A stretch of DNA of 44,140 nt from Sphaeroforma arctica JP610. Taxonomy: Eukaryota. Positions 13,501 through 28,971 of the stretch are shown piece after piece. The stretch is taken from assembly GCF_001186125.1 (NCBI RefSeq), contig NW_014040488.1, positions 1 through 44,140 of the forward strand, given 5' to 3'. The translations under genes and the position numbers were made by a program. A model generated the notes under the pieces. That model was given only the letters and a program-made list of their open reading frames with translations, did not search any database and was not told the origin of the DNA. Each line of letters starts with the position of its first letter. Position 1 is the first letter of the stretch.

Positions 13501-16500
13501 GCTAACTTTAACTGGTAGTCCAACTTTAACTGGTAGTCCGACTTTAACTGGCAGTCCAACTTTAACTGGTAGTCCAACTTTCCTACCTGGATATGTTTTA
13601 AGCACGTAGCTGAGCTAGTTACTACGATCGATTGGATCGATCTGACATTCCATTCGTATCGTATATAAACAGAAGCGACGCAAGTGTATACCTTTTGATT
13701 ATGAGAAAATCGAAGGGGTCGAGTTCCGAGACGATTTCACAGTGCATGGGCACTCCGTGACTGTGAATTTGAAGGTATGGTTTAAACGTTTGGTAGTTTA
13801 TGGTTTACGGTTTTATGGTTTAAATGTTTGTTAGTCCATAATTATGCGCACGTAGGTACCCACAGTCAGTGCGAGTTGAAGTTTATAAGCCTCACTCTAT
13901 TGTGAGCTGAGACATCGCGTACGCTGTGGTAGTTCCTTCTGTTCGTTAACCTGACTTGCAATACGCTGGAACCAGTTGTTTAGGGTTAGGGTTTTGGGTT
14001 TTAGAGCCCGTTGTGTGTGTGAACTGGTAGGCAGACGCTGACCCGCTGCCCTCCGCGGCTGTGCAGGTGACCACCCATGAGTACACAGGGTGTCGCCCAC
14101 GGTTCTTCTCATTGGGACGGCGCATTAACGAAGTAGACAAAATGCAGTCGTTCGCTAAGCACAGCCAGTACAAGTCCACTCTGTGGTCGCATCCCAACAT
14201 CATCGGTTACATCGATGTGACAGATGCCGTGCAAACAGTCATCACCAGAGACGAGTTCCAGACGGGTAAGCCTCTCCCATGGCCAATGGCCGGTCTACGT
14301 ATTCTGCAATGCGTCTGTATCCCATTAGTCTGGTTGTAGTTGATTCTATTTGTGCGGGTTGGCCGAAGAAAGCCTCAGACGAACCGCGTGAGTGTTCCGT
14401 TGTACTCAAATGTACTGACTGACTCTCAGCAGGCCAAAGGATATGCGCTTGCACTGATGAGTAATATATATTGTCTGTCGTGCCATTGGACAGTCAAGCC
14501 AATGGGCTGTGTGTGGCCAGTGCCTGTTAATGCACTTGTGCATCTGACCTGCAGATCAAGTTGTCCTTTGTCGCTGAGTGGTGACTGGCCGTTGTCTTTG
14601 TCGCTGAGTGGTGACTGGCCGTTTTCCTTTGTCGTCTGAGTGGTGACTGGCCGTTGTCCTTTGTCGCTGAGTGGTGACTGACCGTTGTCCTTTGTCGCTG
14701 AGTGGTGACTGGCCGTTGTCCTTTGTCGCTGAGTGGTGGCTGGCCGTTGTCCTTTGTCGCTGAGTGGTGACTGGCCGTTGTCCTTTGTCGCTGAATGGTG
14801 ACTGGCCGTTGGCTTTGTTTTTGCACTCACACGCACTGCCACTCGTTCAGCTGCTGCGGTGGGTCGTCATTTCAATTGTCTGTGCTGAGTAATACTTCTC
14901 CATCATCGCTCGCGTAGTTGCGTAGCATTGTCGCATGGTGCTGAGTTGTGCATTCGCGCGCCTGTCACTATACCCCGCATCGCAGTAGATGGCACACTGT
15001 GGGCAGTGCCAATCATCGCAATGCTGTACATCTCTCACACCACGCCGCAGTCAGTGGCCTTCGTCTGAGCTGTGTTTGTGTTTGTGTTTGTGTTGCTCAG
15101 TTCCACTGTGTCACTGTTTTGCGTCACAGGAGCTGAGCGTCGCGCGCTGTACGATCGCCTGACAGCACTGGAACCCAAAATCAAAGCAGCGCTCGATATG
15201 GAAACGGCACAGCACACAGTCAAGGAGATGACCAAATATGGCGTTGATCTGAGTGAGGCCTTCTTTGACATGATGACCGACCAGGAAAAGGTCAAGCGAC
15301 GCATTGCGAGAGCCATGGGTAGGTATTGTGCTACATGTATAAAACCCTAAACCCTAAAACACTAGGTACCATGGGTAGGTATTGTGCTATCTCAATATGC
15401 TGTGGTGGGAGTGATATTACCTGTACACTCGATGCGTATCTGTTGCACACGAGTACACAGCCTACGAAGTTTGACTGCTATGTGGTTGTCCAGTCTATCA
15501 GCGACATATATTGATACTTCTGCCAGTCTACATAGGCTCATCAAACCATAGCACTCTCCTGCCCCCAAATGAACTCAACGGAAATTCGTTCCCCATTCTG
15601 TAGCCAAACTTTCGTACTCATTCCTTTGCAGAAAAGAAGCGCCGAAGTTTACCCGGAATGACGGTCGAGGAGCTCGAGGTGATAAAGCCTAAGGTGTGTT
15701 CGGTGATGTCTCGGTGTTTCACTCAAGACGCACTTCATAAGGTCATTGTTTATTTTTATTTTTAGCCCCATCCCACGTCTGACCATCTTCAATTCAAAAT
15801 AAATATATAATGGTAGCCGCAGCCAAAACCACAGCCAAAAGCAGAACCGGTGACGCAAAGTCAACCGACGAAAGTGCAGAAGCCTGAGCCAATTGATGGG
15901 GAGAAACTCAGACAGCAACGGGAGACGCAGGAAAATACCCTCGAAGCAAAACCGCTGACGCAAAGTCAACCGACGGAAGTGCAGAAGCCTGAGCCAATTG
16001 ATGAGGACAAACTCGGACAGCAACGGGAGGCGCGGGAAAAGGCCCTCGAAACAGAACGACTCAAGAAAAAGCACGACACCATGATTCAGATGCAGTAAGT
16101 GCAATTGTCCGGTCACATGGTTTATAATGATCCAGATGCAATACGTGCAATTGTCTGGCCACATGGTTTATAATGATCCAGATGCAGTAAGTGCAATTGT
16201 CTGGTCACATGGTTTATAATGATCCAGATGCAGTAGGTGCAATTGTCTGGCCACATGGTTTATAATGANNNNNNNNNNNNNNNNNNNNNNNNNNNNNNNN
16301 NNNNNNNNNNNNNNNNNNNNNNNNNNNNNNNNNNNNNNNNNNNNNNNNNNNNNNNNNNNNNNNNNNNNNNNNNNNNNNNNNNNNNNNNNNNNNNNNNNNN
16401 NNNNNNNNNNNNNNNNNNNNNNNNNNNNNNNNNNNNNNNNNNNNNNNNNNNNNNNNNNNNNNNNNNNNNNNNNNNNNNNNNNNNNNNNNNNNNNNNNNNN

Positions 16501-18383
16501 NNNNNNNNNNNNNNNNNNNNNNNNNNNNNNNNNNNNNNNNNNNNTTCAGATGCAGTAGGTGTAATTGTCTGGCCACATGGTTTATAATGGTTCAGATGCA
16601 ACAGATGCAATTGTCCGGTCACATGGTTTATAATGATCCAGATGCAATACGTGCAATTGTCTGGCCACATGGTTTATAATGATCCAGATGCAGTAAGTGC
16701 AATTGACTGGCCACATGGTTTATAATGATCCAGATGCAGTAAGTGCAATTGTCTGGTCACATGGCTTATAATGATCCAGATGCAGTAAATGCAATTGTCT
16801 GGTCATATGGCTTATAATGATCCAGATGCAGTAGGTGCAATTGTCTGGTCACATGGCTTATAATGATCCAGATGCAGTAGGTGCAATTGTCTGGTCACAT
16901 GGCTTATAATGATCCAGATGCAGTTTTAGGGTTTTTAGCAGCAGATAGTATTGTTCACATCACCTCTTTTGGTGCCAACACCGGTTTCCTGAAAATTACT
17001 GATCTGCCGAAGAATTTTTTTCTCCGGATCGGCTTGGCCCATTTAATCACTCTCACTTCCTCTCGTATGGGTTTGAATCACTCTCACTTCCTCTCAAGTA
17101 GGTTTTAGTCACTCTTACTTCCACTCATACATTTCAATCACTCATACTTCCACTCATTTAGGTTCATAGAGATGCCAGCAGCTGAAGACCAGCCACTTCA
17201 TCGATCTGTGATGGTGGGCAACCAGATCCACATCAACACATTACACCCTGACTTCATCTCCCGTCTGGGTGCTGCTAAGGTAAGGGTTTGCATCACCGCT
17301 ATGCTCTCGCGTGTAGTCCTGCGAGTCGATTTTCCCCTCTATTGACTGCGTAGCTGTCACTGACCACATTTAGCCATTTCTTGAAGTGGGTGTCGTTCAA
17401 CTAAGTCCACTTCTCAACTGAAAGAAAGTATTCATCAAAACTCGTGACTTTTCCCCGCTGTCTTACTACAATAGGGTGGCCATATGGTGAAGGTCACTGA
17501 CCGCACAGCACAGTACTTGTCGCATCTCATCGCATATCACTACAACGATAGGTGAGTAACAAACAAGGTAACAAACAAGGTAACATCCAAAGTATCAACC
17601 AAAGTAACCACCAATGGTGAGCTACAATTGATCGTCAACAGATCGATGTGCTGTGTATAGTTCGACAGATTACTATCTGCTGTACAATGCGCTCTGTAGA
17701 GGTCCAGTGCGTCGGTGGGAGTGTTTACTTTTCTCGGTATAGATAGGACTGGGAGTGTTTGCTTTTCTCGTTATAGATAGGACTGGGAGTGTTTACTTTT
17801 CTCGTTATAGATATGACTGGGAGTGTTTACTTTTCTCGTTATAGATAGGACTAGGAGTGTTTACTTTTCTCGTTATAGATAAGACTAGGAGAGTTTACTT
17901 TTCTCGTTATAGATAGGACTGAGAGTGTTTACTTTTCTCGTTACAGATAGGATTGGGAGTGTTTACTTTTCTCGTTGCAGATAGGACTGAGAGTGTTTAC
18001 TTTTCTCGTTACAGATAGGACCATATTCACATGTCGAGGCCACATCGCTTTCGTTCGCACGCGCCACAGATTCGAATGAAATGCCAATGGAAATATGATA
18101 TCTAAATTTATATTCTTTGTTCCAAACATCAAGAGCTGGCCGGCTCAACACCGAACTAAATTTGGAAATGTGTGCTTTATATTTCTATTTCCACAGACAA
18201 TATAGCGAAAAGGACATGCATCCCGATCGCACAACACTAATGAATGACATAATGGACACCGCTACGCTATTCGAGGACCACATGCGCACGCATTTCCAAG
18301 TCAAAACACCAAATCTAATTAAGGGACAGACCAAGAAGCCCAACAAGGCATTGGGCGATGCCATAGAAGTGATTGAGAGTTAA
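7556..18383 (+). CDS. GHKL/HATPase_c-family ATPase (MORC/paraMORC-like), ~666 aa, 15 exons, predicted mitochondrial presequence
   Basis: Phase-consistent exons 7556-7810, 8260-8304, 8572-8737, 9627-9691, 11667-11749, 12265-12334, 13097-13201, 13673-13774, 14067-14265, 15130-15318, 15632-15693, 15817-16094, 17162-17279, 17475-17551, 18197-18383 (2001 nt). Bergerat motifs: RILMEYIDNAID (N box), IKITDNSSGM (G1), GQFGFGIHA (G2), SGTNVYI (G3); then an S5/transducer-like segment (RFFSLGRRI, IIGYIDV, TRDEF), a charged linker, and C-terminal IHINTLHPDF. Confidence 0.85.
9112..9622. repeat. CA-rich low-complexity repeat (CAACAC/CTCAC units) in intron 3 of the GHKL gene
   Basis: Almost G-free tract of CCCAACACTCACCA-type units ending at the CCTCAG acceptor (9626). 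Confidence 0.9.
9745..10345. repeat. ~23-bp minisatellite in intron 4
   Basis: Consensus TCGTAGTCGGATTATCGTTTGTT, roughly 25 degenerate copies. Confidence 0.92.
11027..11430. repeat. ~46-bp minisatellite with two alternating variants in intron 4
   Basis: Core AGTGTTGTCATATCTAATGTTATCTATTAAATT; variants CATTTGATTGTCCAG and GATTGGATCGTCTAG alternate; ~9 copies. Confidence 0.92.
11889..12235. repeat. 69-bp minisatellite, 5 copies, intron 5
   Basis: Unit CTGCACGTCATGGCTGCCCATTGAGTGCCTTAGTCCATGGCATTCGCATATGACTTTGATGTATTACAA. Confidence 0.95.
12635..12915. repeat. 31-bp minisatellite, ~9 copies, intron 6, with palindromic core CGTGATCACG
   Basis: Unit TGATCACGTTATGTATTAATGTTAATGCTCG. Confidence 0.93.
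13463..13581. repeat. 18-bp minisatellite, ~7 copies, intron 7
   Basis: Unit AGTCCAACTTTAACTGGT. Confidence 0.93.
14561..14810. repeat. 31-bp minisatellite, ~8 copies, intron 9
   Basis: Unit TTGTCCTTTGTCGCTGAGTGGTGACTGGCCG. Confidence 0.95.
15851..16050 (+). repeat. Coding 105-bp (35-aa) tandem duplication in exon 12 of the GHKL gene
   Basis: TQSQPTKVQKPEPIDGEKLRQQRETQENTLE versus TQSQPTEVQKPEPIDEDKLGQQREAREKALE. Confidence 0.9.
16081..16925. repeat. 46-bp minisatellite starting inside exon 12 and spanning its 5' splice site; interrupted by an N gap
   Basis: Unit ATGATCCAGATGCAGTAAGTGCAATTGTCTGGTCACATGGTTTATA on both sides of the gap 16269-16544. Confidence 0.95.
17717..18020. repeat. 34-bp minisatellite, ~9 copies, intron 14
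   Basis: Unit GGGAGTGTTTACTTTTCTCGTTATAGATAGGACT. Confidence 0.95.
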
Positions 18384-18534
18384 CGTGCAATCTCACACAT
18401 CAGACATTGCCTCAATTGTAGCGTACCGATGGCAGCCCTATAACTAAGACAAACAGGACGAGAGCCTATCGCACACAGATACGGAGCACATAGCCTCCAT
18501 CGTGCATCATACGCCCACGTGAACGGTGGATTGA

Positions 18535-18540
18535 AATAAA
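18535..18540 (+). terminator. Candidate polyadenylation signal of the GHKL gene
   Basis: AATAAA about 150 nt after the stop at 18383. Confidence 0.3.
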
Positions 18541-19341
18541 CGCTTTATCACTTGCGAGGGGGTTGTAAGGCATCGTCCTACTCATAATTGCACCAAACAG
18601 CACGAGTGCAAGGAATGGACACTAATCCCTAAGCTATCGCCAGGAAATGCTTTCAGAGTGTGGCGGCAAATGATGTGTGCCATCAATCGTCGTGCACAAA
18701 CACTGTCAATAAACGCTACAAAATATCGCATCAATCCATTGGAAGTAACTCGGAGATACTAGAATTGATCACTTCGTAGTGTGTGTACCAACTGCAGCTA
18801 CCATTAATAACCGAGACTTAGGCGAAGCCGAACCAGTAGGAGTTCTGTTTCAGGGTTTTCACAGGGTATCAGGATAGGACAAGCAAAACCTTTACGCGAC
18901 TCGTGTCTATAAATACAGATCAGGTTATATTCTGTAGCGCGCATAGTGCGAGGTACGGCTACGAGCGGTGGATAAACACAAATACGACAAAATATAAAAA
19001 ACTAATCCCAATGATGTTAATTGCGACAGCAAATAGAACCGACTGACCAGTTTAAACTCGGCGTAGCAGGGTTGGTGCGCACTTTTTCGAAACCACGAAA
19101 TATTTTGGACATCGGTGTTTCGTCCAGGATGAGATGGATTCGTATTCAACACATCTGACGAGCGATGTTGGGCCATGAAGGGCTAATTTAATTTTAAATT
19201 TAAATTTAAATTTTATTTTATTTTAAATTTTGATTTTGATTTTTATTTTTATTTTTAATTTTAATTTATCTACAGGGAACAGTACTACAGTCTAGCTTCC
19301 AATGAGGCTGAGTTCCCTTTGGATTGTCCTTTCACATACAG

Positions 19342-19430
19342 ACTTCGCTGATTGTCGCTTAATAGATTTAACTTCGCTGAATGTCGCTTAATAGGTTTAA
19401 CTTCGCTGATTGTCGCTTAATAGGTTTAAA
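19342..19430. repeat. ~30-bp tandem repeat, 3 copies
   Basis: Unit ACTTCGCTGATTGTCGCTTAATAGGTTTA. Confidence 0.85.
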
Positions 19431-19600
19431 CTGTGAATTAGCCCTCGATATAGACACGAGAAGCTCTCATGCTCCATCCCTTGATCCAGAACGGAGTGTT
19501 GCATTCAGAAGACTTGAGTGTGCCGTTGCATGACCCGTGGGAAGTGGTGCGACTCCTACCGGACATTGGAATATGCTGGAATTCATTCCGAGCTAACACC

Positions 19601-19898
19601 TATAACTATTCACAGTGGCATGGCTGCGTGCATCACGGCTAAGCTAGCCATGATGGTTGCTGTAACTATTCACAGTGGCATGGCTGCGTGCATCACGGCT
19701 AAGCTAGCCAAGATGGTTGCTGCAACTATTCACAGTGGCATGGCTGCGTGCATCACGGCTAAGCTAGCCATGATGGTTGCTGTAACTATTCACAGTGGCA
19801 TGGCTGCGTGCATCACGGCTAAGCTAGCCTTGATGGTTACAGTAACTATTCACAGTGGCATGGCTGCGTGCATCACGGCTAGCTATCCATGATGGTTG
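19601..19898. repeat. 60-bp minisatellite, ~5 copies, intergenic
   Basis: Unit TGTAACTATTCACAGTGGCATGGCTGCGTGCATCACGGCTAAGCTAGCCATGATGGTTGC in exact 60-nt register. Confidence 0.95.
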
Positions 19899-20689
19899 CA
19901 CTCATGGACGTGCAGGTGTCTAGCGGCGCTGTCCGTTTCTCCTCTGAGCAAAAATACAGAAACTGTTTCGGCATTGTGCCTTGTACAGTCATATTGAGCG
20001 CAGATGTGCTGGTTGTGGTTTACATAGCGCTAAGTGAATGTCGCATACGTTGGACATTGGAGTAAGCGATATCTCCCATCTCCAATTAGAAGCAGATTCG
20101 TGAAACACCTCCACGGCATGTCATAACCCTAGAGGAGCACATTCAGTCATAACCCTAGAGGAGTACATCCCCATTCGCCAGCGTATCAGTCCTCTCGTCC
20201 GCGTCTCTATCGCTGACACTATCTTGCAGTCTTTGAGCCACACGTTGCTTCTCGCTCGTTGCTGTTCCGCAACCGCTTCGTAGGTACGCGAGAGATTGCC
20301 TGAGTGCATGCCACTATGCTTGTGCCACTGTGCTTGTGCCACTGGTTCTTGTGACGTGTGGTTGCTAATGCGACAGTAATACCAAGGTAGTGAAAGTGAT
20401 CGCCAGCAGTACTATTGCGCACTCATGCACTTAAGCCTATGCGCTTGTGAGACCGCATTCACTTGACCCAGCTGCCCTTCATGACATACAAATGGGTCTA
20501 ACGTAGGTAGCATATGAGATACAAATGGGTCTAACGTAGGTAGCGCGTCAGAGTGACGCAGTACGACATGCAAGCGGTGATGAGCATCGATCTCTGGCCT
20601 TAGCTGCACATCGACGCTACACCAACAAGGCGCGTCCCCTTGGCTATGAATGTAGTGGCTTAACGACCGCAGCAGCCATTTTTGTGAGA

Positions 20690-25982
<5,293 letters not shown>

Positions 25983-28971
25983 CTGGGTAAGACTCCGCCA
26001 GTATAGGTGATGCGTAGATATCCATCGCTACACCATGCCCAGCACAAAAAAAATAGCTTTCAAATATCGGTCGAAGTGCCTACCGTGGATACCCGTACTG
26101 AGACGAACTCAAGCCAAAGATGGATGTCGAGTCGAACCAGTTCAGTAAAGCGATATAATAACCTCAATACAACACACCAAAATAAGCAGGGCGACAATAT
26201 CCTGGCTTTATATAGCAAATATGGACAGATGTCATACGCATGTACAGCGTAACCAAATATGTCTTAACAGATGGTACCGCGCACGATGTACTCAGTACTC
26301 CGTTTCGGTCACCGATCACCCACCTTTCACTTCACGGATTTGCAAGTCATAACCCTTCAATAGAGCGGATTTGACCGGAAACCCTGAAGCAGGTGGGAGT
26401 GTCATGACCTTCGAATTTTAGTCTATGAACTGTGAGCAACTGACAGTGAGAAATGCCCAGCGATATTTATGTCTGCCGCAATCTGTACGGTGCATATTTA
26501 TTGCTGACGTGACTAAAAAAAGAGAACACAATCATCGTCATGATGGTGTATCAGTATGACTCATGCCTACTTGTTTTATTTATCAGTAGGCTATGTATGA
26601 ATGTAATATGTAAATACATATTTACATAGTCCTTCCCCGACTTCCTGCTCCTTTTTCATAATTATACAATTTTCTCCATCCACTCAAAATTTGTTTTCTT
26701 GTTGAGCTCCTTTCATTATCGAAATGGAATTGGCTTCTTGTAAAATATTAAGTTTGGCTTCCTATGCCAATGATAAAGCAGACGTTTTCAGCCAGATTGT
26801 ATTTATTCACAATGTATTTATTGAAATACTGCTCGTGCTTCTCCAACTCTATATTATGGACTCCATACTCATCGGTGAGTTCGCACTCCTCACGCCTCAC
26901 GGTCAGATCTATCGCCACCCATTACCACTCGGTCCCCACTTCCGCCAATACAAACCTCTCATCCGCACTTTCTTTGGGTTAAAGTTCACTCTAAATACTT
27001 CGAAGTTCGAAGTTTCGAACCCATACTTATTTATTTACACTTTATTTTATATAAAACTCTGTGTGATATTTCATAGCCTTCTATATAATATACTATATTC
27101 AGTCCTACGGACGTAGTCCGTTCAGCCATATTTTCCTGTCTAAACCCTAAAAACCCTAAAACCCTATAAATACTTGATTTAGGTTATGGATATTGCATTA
27201 ATAATTGCATGATTGATGAACGGCGGGTCGGCGGCCGTTGATGGATTCCAAATTTCTTCTATTTTTCCTAAAATTTGCCACTCATAATGTGCATAACTAA
27301 TATCGTGAGGCGATCATTCTCTGATTATTGGCTGTAAGACTATGACTTTTTTTTTACAAAATAATGTGTATATCCTCATATCACACAAATATGAGGGTTT
27401 TAGTAAATTTTGTTTTCTTTTTTCTTTTTGTTTGTTTTTAAAACGGTAATAAAACAACAAAGGAACATAGTCTTCTTGATTTATGTATTTTAGAAGGCTA
27501 TTGTTCCGTTAAAACCTTTATAAATCGAACATATATGCATTTACGTTCAACATAATCCATATACGGTCCTTTGAATGCTCATAGGTGCACCTCGGGGTCT
27601 AAATATTTTAGTGTGTAATGATTTTACCATACGAACCAGTCCTAGAAGAAGAACTTAGGTAGGCACTTCTGATCACCTTATAACCGTTATAGCGTTTTAA
27701 AATTGAATAAATATGCGTTTGCGTTCAATTTCTATCCCGTACCCCCATTACGTAATGAGTTAGGGACTACATAAATACATATTTATGTTATTTTTTTTAA
27801 ACAAAAACCATACACACAAAAAAAACAATTTAGCTTGCGAGCGTTTATTATTATAGCTCATACGATGTCTGATATCCCATACAGAACCTGATTGTGGGGA
27901 GAGAGTGTAATCAGTAAACAGATGGCACGGAAGCCCAGGGCTGAGCCGATGAGACCGGGTTCAAGCGCAATAGCTGGCGTATTCTGCCCAAATGTTCCAA
28001 CATGACTGTAGTTATAGGCGAGATGCTATTATTGTGAGCATATACTTGACATTACTTTTGCACTAGTAAAAGGGTTTTTTTAAATTGTACGTGTTTATTC
28101 TATAGACGGTCATATTTATTTGTGGAACACAGGACCAACCACCGATAGACATGCACAAGAACATTCACACGCATGTTCATGCACCTGTCTCACGTCTAGA
28201 ATTTTTCTTGGAAGAATGAAAATTAATATCTTTATAAACACTCGCACTTCATAGTAAACAAACTTTCAACTCGTGTGTACTTGCACATTGTACATACGGG
28301 CTAGCTAGATTATGTCTACATGGACACGAACTTTCATTTCTGTACATTTCTGTAGCATCCAATAAAGAAAGGAACCATTTCTGTAGCATCCAATAAAGAA
28401 AAGAATCACTTCGTCATTTCAGATAAGGCGATTAATGTATTCGACTAATACTACAAATATGTAAATCGCGAACGTAGAGCCATCATATTTATAAATCTGC
28501 AAATACTTATCCAAGAGGATCTGTGTATGAATTCAAGGCAAGGAAAAAAGTAATCTCTGCATTCTAGATAAGGCGATTGAAATATGAAAATCGCGAACGT
28601 ATAACCCTTGCAAATACTTGAATAGTGCTTGTAGCAGACATCGCTCGCCAACCAAGATAATAACTGTGAAGCAGGTAGAATTTATTCCATTCTTAGACAT
28701 TCTATTCACTACACCACTACATCTATCCACATCTCTAATGAGATGTTATCATACTTTCACTCTCGTGAGACAACCGTCGAGTTACACTGCCCTCAAACGA
28801 TTGGGTCGCCAAAGTTTCAGTTCCAGGTATGCAACCTAGTTCTGTACACTTCTTTGTTCATAAATACTCATTGCTATCGACACAACTTGCAAATATTCTA
28901 ATTGCAATGATTGTTCATCGATAAGTCTTCTATTTCCTCCCTTCCATGGCACTTGTTTGTCGGTATAAATA

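Noticed and set aside
14426..14842. Repetitive minus-strand ORFs
   Set aside because: Translations of the 31-bp intronic repeat.
16214..16670. ORFs spanning N runs (also 6881, 23639-23980 and 38064-38576)
   Set aside because: Artefacts of assembly gaps and microsatellites.
7556..18383. Calling the GHKL gene TRAP1/HSP90, MutL/MLH or gyrB
   Set aside because: Family-diagnostic motifs and C-terminal domains were not found; no gene symbol assigned.
19518..19892. 124-aa ORF with a 20-aa repeat
   Set aside because: Open only because the 60-bp unit lacks stops; GTG start and no domain or splice support.
27920..27985. tRNA/SINE-like GGTTCAAG box
   Set aside because: I could not form a cloverleaf or find a convincing A box.
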